From Eledone cirrhosa (lineage: Eukaryota): a stretch of DNA of 64,000 nucleotides. Location of the stretch: NCBI GenBank assembly GCA_964016885.1, contig OZ024758.1:7316001-7380000 (forward strand), written 5' to 3'. The notes beneath the pieces were generated by a model. That model did no database searches and had not been told where the DNA came from. It was given only the letters and a program-made list of their open reading frames with translations. The position numbers and the translations under genes were made by a program. Below, in pieces: positions 26,649-39,880 of this stretch (its first letter is position 1; the number at the start of each line of letters is the position of its first letter).

Positions 26649-26775
26649 ATGGTTAATACCATTATTTAATATTCCGAGTATTCTTGTTTTTACCATAATA
26701 TTTTGATGACCTGCAAGATATTGTTGTTTTTAGAAGTTTGGTTCTCCCCACCCTTCTCTACTCTTACTGCTACTG

Positions 26776-27105
26776 TTGTTGTTGTTGTTGTTCTTCTTCT
26801 TCTCTTCCTCTCCTACTACTACTACTCCTACTACTACTACTTTTTGTTCTTCTTGTGGTTATTGTTGCTGTTATTGTTGTTGCTATTCTTGTTCTTGTTG
26901 CTGTTGTTCTTCTTCTCTTCCTCTCCTACTACTACTACTACTACTACTATTACTACTACTATTACTACTACTACTACTACTATTACTACTACTACTACTT
27001 TTTGTTATTCTTGTGGTTATTGTTGCTGTTATTGTTGTTGCTATTCTTGTTCTTGTTGCTGTTGTTCTTCTTCTCTTCCTCTCCTACTACTACTACTACT
27101 ACTAT

Positions 27106-27137
<32 letters not shown>

Positions 27138-27269
27138 TTACTACTACTACTACTTTTTGTTATTCTTGTGGTTATTGTTGCTGTTATTGTTGTTGCTATT
27201 CTTGTTCTTGTTGCTGTTGTTCTTCTTCTCTTCCTCTCCTACTACTACTACTACTACTACTACTACTAT

Positions 27270-27307
<38 letters not shown>

Positions 27308-27400
27308 TTACTACTACTACTACTTTTTGTTATTCTTGTGGTTATTGTTGCTGTTATCGTTGTTGCTATTCTTGTTGTTGTTGTTGTTGTTGTTGTTGTT
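26776..27400. repeat. Tandem array of ~130-170-bp units, each containing a variable (TAC)n tract
   Basis: tttttgttattcttgtggttattgttgctgttattgttgttgctattcttg... recurs 4 times, separated by (TAC)n of different length. Confidence 0.9.
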
Positions 27401-27715
27401 ATTGCTCTGTCCGACTTTTTTTATAATACTGCTTTTATTTGTAATAGATTAAATCAAGTTTAGTTGTTTAATTCATTTTGGGGGGGAATTTGTGGTTCCT
27501 AATAACCCACATTGTTAAACATAGTTGTGTTATAGAAGATAGATGTTGTGGGGTCGTTAAAGAATAAATCTAATGTAGAGTAAAAGCCAGGGGTGAATGG
27601 ACATTTTGTGATTTCACCAATATTATAGTTTAGACATTTCCAGCATTAGCTTACCAAAAAATGTTCACTGTAAATACTGTTGTTATAAGTAATGTTTAGA
27701 ACATATACAGTCATA

Positions 27716-28177
27716 ACTGTTTCTACTTTTGGCACAAGGCCAGCAATTACCCAGTGTATTACTGGTACTTTATTTTATCGACTCCGTAAGGATGAAAGGC
27801 AAAGTTAACCTCGGTAACATATACAATCATAATGATTTCTGCTATAGGTATAAGGCCAGTAATTTCTGGTTTTTTTTTGGGGGGGGGGGTTGATTAAATC
27901 GACCCCGGTACATTACTGGTGCTTTATTAAGTTTAACCCGAATTCTCAAATCTCGTACACTGTGTTCATAATATTTGTTATTTATATAATTATTGTTTCT
28001 ACTATTGGCACAAGGCCAGCAATTATCCCAGTGCATTACTGGTACTTTATTTTATCGACCCCGTAAGGATGAAAGGCAAAGTCAACCTCGGCGGGATTTG
28101 AACTCAGATCGTAAAAGGACGTAACTATGCTGATAAGCATGGCGTCCGACCCTCTACCGATACTGCCAATCCACCAT
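27716..28177 (-). mobile_element. Cluster of three dominant-SINE copies (two truncated, one full)
   Basis: Reverse SINE 3' ends at ~27716, ~27835 and ~27989; the last continues to the head ctctaccgatactgccaatccacc. Confidence 0.88.
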
Positions 28178-28608
28178 CTAAGACGTAACACCAGTAATTT
28201 GTAAATTGATAACACAAATTTCTCTTAAGGTCTTAAACTGACGATTCTGAATATTTGACAAACCATTCTACAAACAAAACTGCCACTACATGATTGTGTT
28301 TTATATATCCCTACTAACATGTTTTAACATTCTTAATCTGCTACTGCTAGAGAATGTAGAAGGCGAGGGACTCAGCATAGAAGCTTAACCATAGTTGTAA
28401 AGTAGAGTAGAGGTAGATAATAAAATAGGTATTTTTTTAAAGTTATAAATGCATATTTATTGGTGGTTGGGATATTTTACCTGTTTAAAGTGTTTTATAC
28501 GTTGAGAAACTATTCTGTACACATAAGGAGAAAAAGCTAAGAGTGTTAAAACATTTCTAGGATTTCGGGTGTTAAATATGTGCATTGCATAGGTGCACGT
28601 GTATCACT

Positions 28609-28654
<46 letters not shown>

Positions 28655-29169
28655 ACAGAGACATATGTGTATGTATATATCCATCTATCTAGCTATCTAT
28701 TTGACTCTCTCTCTCTCTGATAACCCCCCCCCCCCACACACATATATATATAAATATATATATCCGTTGTTTTGATTGCAATAAATAATGGTGTATACCG
28801 TGTTCAGCACTCGATGCTGCGATGTTTCTACTCATCTGAAGACTGTCAGATTCGCTAATGCTGTTAAAAGAGTCGATAGATAGACAGATAGATAGATAGA
28901 CAGATAGATAGACAAACCGACAGCTAGATCGATATATATGTATATGTGTGTGTGAGTGTATACGAGAGAGAGAGAGATCTGTATATAATAGATACAGAGA
29001 TATACATACTTCCATAAACAGATACCCACATACATCCATGTATAGAATTATATCCGTATGTCAGGTGACAATAAATAAGTTATTTCGGAAACCTTGTAAA
29101 TACTTACAGATTCAGGAAGACACCATTTTTTTATAGCATCGAAATATTTCATCATGTGCAGGAACTGCA

Positions 29170-29553
29170 GTAGTAATAGTAGTAGTAGTAGTAGTAGTAG
29201 TAGTAACAGTAGTAGTAGTAACAGCAGTAGTAGTAACAGCAGTAGTAGTAATAGTAGTAACAGCAGTAGTAGTAACAGCAGTAGTAGTAATAGTAGTAGT
29301 AGTAGCAGTAGCAGTAGTAGTGGTAGTTGTAGTAGCAGTAGTATTAGTAGTATTAGTAGTAGTAGTAGTAGTAGTAGTAACAGCAGTAGTAGTAGTAACA
29401 GTAGTAGCAGTAGTAGTAGTAGTAGTAGTAGTAACAGCAGTAGTAGTAGTAGTAGTAGTTGTAGTAGAGGAGTAGCAGTAGTAGTAGTAGCAGTAGTAGT
29501 AGTAGTAACAGTAGTAGTAGTAGTAGTTGCAGTAGAGTAGTAACAGTAGTAGT
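29170..29553. repeat. (AGT/AGC)n microsatellite
   Basis: Read directly. Confidence 0.95.
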
Positions 29554-29559
29554 ACAAAA

Positions 29560-29780
<221 letters not shown>

Positions 29781-29833
29781 GGAGGCTTAGTAAAATCGAA
29801 TCTTTGGCGGTGTGTAAGCAAATTCGACCTAAT

Positions 29834-29888
<55 letters not shown>

Positions 29889-29938
29889 GAGAGAGAGAGA
29901 GAGAGAGAAGTGGTGCCACAACGGTTAGTTCACCATAC

Positions 29939-29976
29939 CAAGAACAATTGTCTCCTCTTAACGGATCCTCAGCTCG
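29939..29976 (-). ncRNA. Degenerate minimal hammerhead-like motif
   Basis: Minus strand: cgag-CTGAGGA-tcc-gttaaga-gga-GAcaattgTT-cttg. Palindromic stem III acaattgt; the GAAA box is damaged. Confidence 0.4.
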
Positions 29977-30036
29977 TAATCTATATACATATATATATAT
30001 ACATATAAATATATATATGTATATATATATATATAT

Positions 30037-30133
<97 letters not shown>

Positions 30134-30137
30134 ATAT

Positions 30138-30190
<53 letters not shown>

Positions 30191-30215
30191 ATATTATATA
30201 TATATATATATATAT

Positions 30216-30250
<35 letters not shown>

Positions 30251-30383
30251 ACTTTTTAATAGATTACTATCAGTTGTCTTCTAATATATTTACTAATATA
30301 TTAACTAATTTTTCTGTTTCGTTCACAAGATATCGTCTCTTTATAATTGAATATTACCTGAAGAATAATACAATAGAAACATC

Positions 30384-30421
<38 letters not shown>

Positions 30422-30485
30422 CATATATACATACATATATATATGCATACATACATATATACATACATATATACATACATACATA

Positions 30486-30515
<30 letters not shown>

Positions 30516-30517
<2 letters not shown>

Positions 30518-31124
30518 GTGGCTGCCAACTCGTTTTCGAGTATGGCCACTACCTTATATCCATGTAGGAGAACCCCTACCGATGCGCTGAACGAGTGTGA
30601 CTTTTTAGTCCAGCCAGCGACTTGAAAACTCTGGTACAAACACTATTGACACAGTGCTGGGCCCATGGTACCATGTGACGACAAGTGCAGAGAGATCTCC
30701 AGATACAAAGATCTCCAGATACAAAGCAATGCCTGTGCCGAGAAGCTTTTATAGTGAGCAAAGGCACTGCACAAAGCCAGTCCCACTCTCTTAACCAAGA
30801 TGATATTTACCAAAAAGAAGAACAAGTCAACATCATTGGATACCATCAGGGTTGCAGGTGTTATATCAGAGTTTTCCTTCTCCTAGAATTCTGCCTTGAC
30901 AAAGGCTAAAGGGTCATCTCTCCCAGTGATTTTGGATGGCCATTGACTCTTAAGAGCTCCTTTGCCCTTTGACAGGTTTTGTTTTTAGTCCTGCAGGATG
31001 TCCAAAGTCACCCTCCTCACGAAGAAACCTTGGTGGGGTTGCTAGTTTAGTCGCCAACGACCCGACCATGAGACAGGTTGTACTGGGCTACATGTTACCA
31101 GTAGCACCAACTGGTGACCTGACA
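30516..31124 (-). mobile_element. RTE-derived 610-bp element, full copy with small indels
   Basis: Reverse complement of 21916-22525, with an internal duplication of agatctccagatacaa and a short deletion. Confidence 0.9.
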
Positions 31125-31160
31125 TATATATATATACATACATATATATATATATATATA

Positions 31161-31770
31161 TGGTGGCTGCCAACTCGTTTTCGAGTACGGCCACTACTTT
31201 ATATCCATGTAGGAGAACCCCTACCGATGCGCTGAACGAGTGTGACTTTTTAGTCCAGCCAGCGACTTGAAAACTCTGGTACAAACACTACACTTGTGAC
31301 AATTATTGACACATAGTGCTGGGCCCATGGTACCATGTGACGGCAAGTGCAGAGAGATCTCCAGATATAAAGCAATGCCTGTGCCGTGAAGCTTTTATAG
31401 TGAGCAAAGGCACTGCACAAAGCCAGTCCCACTCTCTTAACCAAGATGATATTTACCAAAAAGAAGAACAAGTCAACATCATTGGATACCATCAGGGTTG
31501 CAGGTGTTATATCAGAGTTTTCCTTCTCCTAGAATTCTGCCTTGACAAAGGCTAAGGGGTCATCTCTCCCAGTGATTTTGGATGGCCATTGACTCTTAAG
31601 AGCTCCTTTGCCCTTTGACAGGTTTTGTTTTTAGTCCTGCAGGATGTCCAAAGTCACCCTCCTCACCAAGAAACCTTGGTGGGGTTGCCAGTTTAGTCGC
31701 CAACGACCCGACCATGAAACAGGTTGTACTGGGATACATGTTACCAGTAGCACCAAGTGGTGACCTGACA
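31161..31770 (-). mobile_element. RTE-derived 610-bp element, full copy, tandem with the preceding one
   Basis: Reverse complement of 21916-22525, separated from the previous copy by ~36 bp of TA/TACA repeat. Confidence 0.9.
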
Positions 31771-33724
31771 TAAATATACATACATATATACATACATACA
31801 TACATATATATATATATACATGATGGCTGCCCCCTCGTTATCGAGGATGGCCATTGCACGTTATATACGCACATACATTTACACTCACACACACAAATTT
31901 ACACAGAGATACATACATTCACGCACGCACTCACATTTGTACACACACACACACATTTCCACACACAGATACCGAATATACACACACACACAGATACGTA
32001 CATACACATATACGTACATACACACAGACATATTTGTACACACACACACAGATACGTACATACACGCACACATAAATACGCTCATACACTCACACACATA
32101 CATACGTACACACACTCACACATACATACGTACACACACTCACACACATACATACGTACACACACTCACACACATACATACACACACATAATTATATACA
32201 CACACACAGATACGTACATACATAGATACGTACATACACGCACACATAAATACGCACACACACATATACACACACACGTACGTACATACACTAACTCATA
32301 TTTACAAACACAGGTACACGAATTAAAAAACATTCTATGTATAATTATGATGAATACTTATATCAACTTCCTGGAATAGCTCAGAGGAAAGTGTCGGTAA
32401 TGTTCTTTTTCTTTGCTCGTAGGTGCAGCACTGAAGAAGACAATACTTACAGACTATCGTCTGCAACAACATAGGTTGGTTGGCAGTTAACATAAGACAG
32501 AAATTGTTTGTTTTCTAGAAAGATCGTCTGGAGTATAGATACAAGCTTCGAACAGAGGATCGTCACACGTAGCGTTCGTTTGACAATACTGCGACAACAT
32601 GGCGCGCTGTGGTGGATTCGAAACGTAATGTCGTCTGCTGAATCTTTTGCAAATCTCTAGAACAAAGAGAGAAAGAGAGAGAGAGAACGATGTTAGAAAT
32701 GTAGGAATATATAGAAATATAGAAATGTAGAAATATAGAAATGTTTATTCTGGTGACAAAACAAATGGATGTGTGTGTGGAGAGAGAGAGAGGGAGAGAG
32801 AGAGGGGGAGAGAGGGGGAGAGAGATAACGACAGAGAAAGAGAAGGAGGGAGAGAGAGGAGAGAGAAAGAGAGTGAGAGAGAGAAGAAATGATTGAATGA
32901 TAATGAGAGACAAGAGAGTTATAGATATTGGGTGTGAATGAGAAAGGAGAGGAAGAAAAGGAAAAATGTGATAGAAAGAGAGAGGGGGGAGCGAGCTAGC
33001 GAGAGAGGGGGGGGGGGAGAGGGAGAGAGTGTGGTAATGAGAAACAAGAGAGTTATAAACATATAAACATCGGGTGTGAATGAGAAAGGAAAGGAAGAAA
33101 AACAAAAATGCGAGAGAAAGAATAAGAAGAGCCAAAGGAAAATATTGAAAAGAGATTATTTAAAAATAAACTAATAAGAAAATGTGGTAATAGAAAAAGT
33201 TGGGAAGAGATATTAAAGGAGTTTGTAGAATATTTAGATTATTTTGGTGGGTTTTTGTCTCTTTCAAGAGGGTAGTAATTCAGAAATGTCACTTTGACAG
33301 ATAAACATTTGTGATAAAGTGTGCAATGAGCCAGCCAAATGTATTGAGCATGCGTACTATTGCTCACCATTGAGACGAGTTAAGAAAATAATATTGAGTA
33401 AGAAAGTGTAGTGAGCGTCATACGTAGGCAGTATTAGGCAAATAACGATATTCGGAATAGAATAGAAATGGTGAAAAGACCCCCCCCCCCCCAAAAAAAA
33501 AGCGAGAAGATTTGGGGAGATAAAAGCAGTCAGAAAACGCTAAAAAACAAATATAGAAAGACATACACCACCACACCAATACAGAAGGGAGACGGTATGA
33601 CAATGAAGTATGCATTAAAGCAAGCAAACAGAATGGAGAGAGAAATGTGGCATCGAGCAAGGAAATTAGAGGAGAGCTCTAGAAAGAGATAGAAACCGAG
33701 GAAGAGCCTAGATAGAGAGGGGTA

Positions 33725-33972
33725 GATAGAGAGATAGATAGATAGAGATAGACAGAGAGAGAGAGAGAGCTAGATCGATAGAAAGATAGATAGACAGATA
33801 GATATAGATAGAAAGATAGATAGATAGATAGATAGATGAATAGATAGATAGATAGAGATAGACAGAGAGAGAGCTAGATCGTTAGAAAGATAGATAGATA
33901 GACAGAGATAGATGAATAGATAGATAGATGAATAGATAGATAGATATATAGATAGATAGAGAGAGAGAGAGC

Positions 33973-34008
<36 letters not shown>

Positions 34009-34022
34009 GAGAGAGCTAGATC

Positions 34023-34053
<31 letters not shown>

Positions 34054-34055
34054 GA

Positions 34056-34104
<49 letters not shown>

Positions 34105-34110
34105 GACAGA
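33725..34110. repeat. (GATA)n/(GA)n microsatellite
   Basis: Read directly. Confidence 0.95.
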
Positions 34111-34698
34111 GAGCGACAGAGATAAAATATATATTGACTTAGGAGACACGCGTTTCCAACTGTGAGTGTTCAAGTCGTTCACAAGCAAAACAAAGTGTCG
34201 AGAAGATGGGATTTAATAAATAAAAGACAGTTTTTAAAGAAATATTCTTTATTAAATCTCTGTTGTCATTCGAACTATTATAGGAGAGCGTTGAGAGGAA
34301 ATAGTATGAAAATCATTCAAAATGAAAGTTAACTCGGCCAACAATATCACAAGTCTGATGCTAAAAAGAGACATTGGAATGGTAAGGAACTACCGTTAAG
34401 TTTCGTAGCAGATTGTAATGTGTAGAATGTATACATTCTGTCTTAAGGTATTGTTCGAGAATCACTGAGAGAGTAATAATATCACCAGTGGATGTGTAAG
34501 AAAGGAGTTCGGGGAGAAGTTGAACAAACTCTAATGAACACAGCAGCATACATTTATATAATCCAAATCTAAAGAAAATATATATTGACATAGGAGAAAA
34601 GTACCTCTTCTTCTTCTTCTTCTTCTTCAGTTTCAGTTGCCGCCAAACCCCTGTAACCATACCAACCTATCTTAAACAACAACACAAACATTAATAAC

Positions 34699-35182
34699 CG
34701 TTTCTGATTTAGACACAAGGCCAGTCATTTTGGGGGGGGGGGGGTAAGGCAAAGTTGATAAAATCGACCCCATTGTGTGACTGGTACTTTATTTTATCGA
34801 CCATATAAGGATGAAAGGGAGAGTTAACCTCGGCGGGATTTGAACTCAGACCATAAAGGGAGGTAACTCTATGCTGCAAAGCATGGTGTCCGACCGACGC
34901 TCTACCGATACTGCCAATCCACCACCTTAACACAGACATACATTAATGGTTTCCTATATAGGCATAAGGCCAGTAATTTTATTTTTTTTTTGGCGGGGGG
35001 GAGGGAATGTTGATCAAATCGACCCCAGTGCATGACTGGTACTTTATTTTATCGACCCCCGTAAGGATGAAAGGTGAAGCTAACCTCGGCGGGATTTGAA
35101 CTCAGACCGTAAAGGACCGTAACTCTATGCTGCAAAGCATGGTGTCCGACCGACGCTCTACCGATACTGCCAATCCACCGCC
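34699..35182 (-). mobile_element. Two tandem full-length SINE copies (longer subfamily with a poly-C segment)
   Basis: Both carry the gtccgaccgacgctctaccg variant head and the same downstream acagac...cattaa flank, indicating local duplication. Confidence 0.88.
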
Positions 35183-35738
35183 GGCATACAGACAAACATT
35201 AACAACAATAACAACAATAACAACAATAACAAACTATATTGCTACGTTGTTGATATGTTAATTTAGTTTCTAATTTTGTACATTTGGTTTAGAGAGAATA
35301 AACTTTCGTGAAAATAAATTATAAAATACAGATTCACTTTGTATTAACTGATAGTAAATTTTAACAAAATAAATGTCAAGAGACAAAACCTAATTTAATA
35401 TGTAAATTAATAAATAATCTTAACGTAAATTACAAAATACACAATATATAGGACACTTTAATCTTGTAATTAATAAATTATCTTAACAATGTAAATTACA
35501 AAATACGCAAAACAAAACACATTATAATCTGTTAATATTCCCAAATAGACTGCATATCATTTGATATACAAACTTCACATAGTTATATGAATACAGTTAT
35601 GTTGGAAGGAAAATTTTAAATTTTTTTTTCAGGCTGAGCTCAATATGTAAATGAGGTTAAGCAGTCCCTCTGCATAGGCGAAAAAAACTATATATTTTCG
35701 CCTGTTTCAAATTCCAGCAAAGAGTTGGGCGGGGAAGC

Positions 35739-35780
35739 ACTGTCCTGGTGACGTCCATAAACCAGAAACGCGTCGACAGT
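35739..35780 (+). ncRNA. Minimal type I hammerhead-like motif of Penelope type
   Basis: actgtc-CTGGTGA-cgtccataaacca-GAAACGCGTC-gacagt: 6-bp stem I, palindromic stem III acgcgt, GUC site; core position A6 is G. Confidence 0.65.
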
Positions 35781-35918
35781 TATCCTCTATTGTTTCTGCT
35801 GGAATCCGTTAGATGGCACTAGCCATCAACTTTTCAATATTCATGGCTAAAGGGCTTTCAAAACGTTTATTGGTAAACATACCGTATATCATTAGATATA
35901 AAAAAAATTCACAACATA

Positions 35919-36014
35919 TAATTGTTTCTACTTTAGGCACAAGGCCAGCAATTATATCCAGTGCATTACTGGTACTTTATTTTATCGACCCCGTAAGGAT
36001 GAAAGGCAAAGTCA
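35919..36014 (-). mobile_element. Truncated dominant SINE
   Basis: attgtttctactttaggcacaaggccagc...gatgaaaggcaaagtc. Confidence 0.85.
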
Positions 36015-37370
36015 CAACATATAATATTAACAATGCAAGTTATAAAATACATAATACAAAACAAATCTTAATCTTTATGTTACCTATGTTACAATAATGT
36101 CTTATCGTGGAAATGAGATCGAAGAATGTGTACTTGAAGCTGAGAGGGGGAGGGGGGGGGTGAAGAGAGAGAGATATGGGAGAGAAGGATATATATATAT
36201 ATATATATATATATAATCCGTTTTTGAATTTGTTTTGTGAGATTTCTTATCTGAAAACGTGTGTTGAAACAGATTTTGTTATACTTTGGGAGGGTCATGC
36301 TGCCAATAAAGACATTATATAGCTTTAGTCCTATCCTTCCAAGTTTTATCTGACTTCACTTACGCCATCTTTGCACAGTCTTCTATATTTACTAATAAAA
36401 ATGAATAGTGGAAGATAATTGCTCTAAGGTGGGTTATTTTACCAATATTACGTTTAACACTCTCTAGACACCTAACTGTGAAATAATGTAACAATTCACC
36501 AAACAGTGATTTTTAAATCAATTTCGATAAACTTAATTCTGAAATTTGTGCAGCCGAAATCAATCATCTTAAAATTGACATAATCTTTTTGGTAATAATT
36601 AACTTTTTTTATTCGAAAAATTGGGTTTTAGGGAAAATTTTTATGTAATTTTAACAACTGCTGTTGTTTCATGGGAAGTTTTATAAACAGATTAATTGTA
36701 TTGAAAGCAAAGGACGAATATTTTATATATTTTTCAAATTCTATATTACTTTACAATGTATATAATATCATTGCATATTGTAATTAAACTGGTTATTTGA
36801 CCACTTATGGCGCTGTAATTAAGGTATTCTAATAAGATATAAATACATGAATATATAAATGTTATATTTTCATGCAATATAATTTTGTATCTGGAGTTTT
36901 CTATAGTTAATTATGATATATTTCATAACTATTTATTTACCTAGCATTCAAGTCTTCATAAATTCCTTGGGAAAAATACTGAATTAAATTTTCATACATT
37001 TTGTGAGAATTGATTAAAACGAAAAATACTGAACAAAAAAAACCCTGTAATGATAAAGAAAATGATATATAATATTATAATATCATATATCATTTTTTTA
37101 AATCAATATGATCGCCTTTGGATAACATACTAAAAAAGAAAAAAGAAAAAAAAATAGAAAATTCCGAACCGTTTTGACTTAAGAAATTAAACTTGTTCAA
37201 GGAATTATAAATTTTAAGTGGTACCAAGGATAAGGTAATATCTAATTGAATATAGAACTCACGAATAGTTGAAAGTGGTATATCGAATAATTTACACTTG
37301 TATATCATGTATGTAGAATTATATGGTTCAATGTGAAGGCGCGGGGCTTAGTAGTTAAGGTGCTCGGTTT

Positions 37371-37529
37371 ACGACAGCTGGATCCGAACCCTCTTCGGAT
37401 CTAGCTGCCGAAACGGTGGGAGCTCTGCTGTCGGGGTCCTGACGCTTTTCCTATTACCCACTCTACTACTCTAAGTATTGAGTACTCTGATGCGTCATGG
37501 TCCACCTGATATCTTACCACACCTCCTTC

Positions 37530-37532
<3 letters not shown>
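37371..37532 (+). mobile_element. Hammerhead 3' two-thirds followed by the inverted arm of the TA-embedded repeat
   Basis: ACGA, 14-bp stem II cagctggatccgaa/ttcggatctagctg, GAAAC, stem III, GTC-ggggtcc, then the reverse complement of the 6722-6819 arm ending in (TA)n. Confidence 0.75.
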
Positions 37533-37567
<35 letters not shown>

Positions 37568-37570
<3 letters not shown>

Positions 37571-38234
37571 TGGCTGCCAACTCGTTTTCGAGTACGGCCA
37601 CTACTTTATATCCATGTAGGAGAACCCCTACCGATGCGCTAAACAAGTGTGACTTTTTAGTCCAGCCATCGACTTGAAAACTCTGGTACAAACACTACAC
37701 TTGTGACAATTATTGACACATAGTGCTGGGCCCATGGTACCATGTGACGACAAGTGCAGAGAGATCTCCAGATATAAAGCAATGCCTGTGCCGTGAAGCT
37801 TTTATAGTGAGTAAAGGCACTGCACAAAGCCAGTCCCACTCTCTTAACCAAGATGATATTTACCAAAAAGAAGAACAAGTCAACATCATTGGATACCATC
37901 AGGGTTGCAGGTGTTATATCAGAGTTTTCCTTCTCTTAGAATTCTGCCTTGACAAAGGCTAAGGGGTCATCTCTCCCGGTGATTTTGGATGGCCATTGAC
38001 TCTTAAGAGCTCCTTTGCCCTTTGACAGGTTTTGTTTTTAGTCCTGCAGGATGTCCAAAGTCACCCTCCTCACCAAGAAACCTTGGTGGGGTTGCCAGTT
38101 TAGTCGCCAACGACCCGACCATGAGACAGGTTGTACTGGGATACATGTTACCAGTAGCACCAACTGGTGACCTGACATAATATGGTGGCTGCCAACTCGT
38201 TTTCGAGTACGGCCACTACTTTATATCCATGTAG
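37568..38234 (-). mobile_element. RTE-derived 610-bp element, full copy (37568-38177) plus an extra 3'-end fragment (38183-38234)
   Basis: Reverse complement of 21916-22525; tggtggctgccaactcg...gtagg is repeated immediately beyond it. Confidence 0.9.
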
Positions 38235-38719
38235 GTCACTACTTTATATCCTTGTGTGTATATATATATATACACACAAGGAAAAGGCTTGCTTAACACA
38301 CAAGCCTAAACCTCTTGGTACCATAACCGCTCGTGTGTGTGTATCGAATTATGCCGCTGTTTTCTCCCCCCCCCCTCCATCCCCTCTCTCTCTCCTCTCT
38401 CCCTATTACTTTCCTCTCCCATTTCGCTAATTCTGTTCTTTTTTTTAACTATGAAAGTTATTTTAATTACGATCGAATCAAAATATACTTTAGATCCAAT
38501 TTCTTTTTCACCCTCTTACTTTCTTTCTAAACTTTTCTCTTTTTTCTCATTTCCCTTTTCTCTATTTTAGGGTTTCCCACCCTCAACGATTATATTTTTT
38601 ATGTTTTATGTCATCTTGTGAGATATGATTTTTGGAAGCAACTATAACAATTTTGTTGAATGTGTTTTTTAATAAAGAAATTTCAGATATTATCTATTGA
38701 TCAATTTAAAAGAGAGACG

Positions 38720-39110
38720 TCTATCTTTAGCTGCAATAGCTGTCCATATCAGAAGATAGGTCATAGCTGTTATGTTGTTAAATAGTTCATATCATAACCT
38801 ATATATTTAGTTGCAATAGCTGACGTCGTAGCAGAAAATAGGTCATAGCTGTTTTTTTGTTAAATAATTCATATCATAACCTATATATTTAGTTGCAATA
38901 GCTGACGTCGTAGCAGAAAATAGGTCATAGCTATTTTGTTGTTAAATAGTTCATATCATAACCTATATATTTAGTTGCAATAGCTGACGTCGTAGCAGAA
39001 AATAGGTCATAGCTATTTTGTTGTTAAATAATTCATATCATAACCTGTATCTTTAACTGCAATTGCTGACGTCATATCAGAAGATAGGTCATAGCTAAAC
39101 AGTTCATATC
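38720..39110. repeat. 82-bp minisatellite, ~4.7 copies
   Basis: ctatatatttagttgcaatagctgacgtcgtagcagaaaataggtcatagct starts at 38799, 38881 and 38963, with diverged terminal copies. Confidence 0.92.
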
Positions 39111-39880
39111 ATATTCTGCTATCTTGAGATAATGCTGAGGGAATACCTTCATCAGTAGCATCTATTACAACAGTAAATGACAAAGATGTTTGTTTAATAT
39201 CATTATTGATAGAATTGATGGATTTTAGGGTGACCTTAGAGGGAAAATGGCACCGTCGAACGGCGTAGTTTTCGAAAAGTAGAAACAGAACAAAATGGCG
39301 TACTGTGTGTAGAAACCAAGCGTCCGTTGTAATACTTTACTGATTTTAGGTGTAGATAACTCTTCATTGGGTCAAAGGTGTTCTGTGAAATAAGATAGAC
39401 TAATAAGTTATAGATATTAGATTATATTCTTTGTATTTGAAAGACAAGATAGAGCAATTAAAATAAAATCAAAACTAAAAGGACTAAAATGTCCTAGTGT
39501 TAAATACTCATCCAGTTACTAAACCAAATGAGGCGGGGAAGAGTTATCAAGTTACTAATAAAACTTAACTTACGCAGGTGCTTTTATTGTCAGCATGACC
39601 CTCCTAAAGTATAGTTATAGCTATATTTGTTTAAAATTAGATTTTACGTATGTTTTCTTTAAAGAAATTCGCAAAGCTGCTTTCGGGCTTTGACTAAGCG
39701 TTTTATCATAAACTAAAATAAACCATACAAAAACTAATGAGAATCTCTTCAAAGTTGATGAATTCCATGATGACTTACTGAAACACTGATACACCATTTG
39801 TAACACCCATAGGACCTTGAGTAAATTAGTACAGGCTCACAGCTGTATATTGTTTTTCCATGGGTCTTATTCTCATTTAA

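Noticed and set aside
32427-32485. CTGAAGA-agac...gtct-GCAAC hammerhead-like string
   Set aside because: The GAAA box is mutated and there is no convincing stem I closure.
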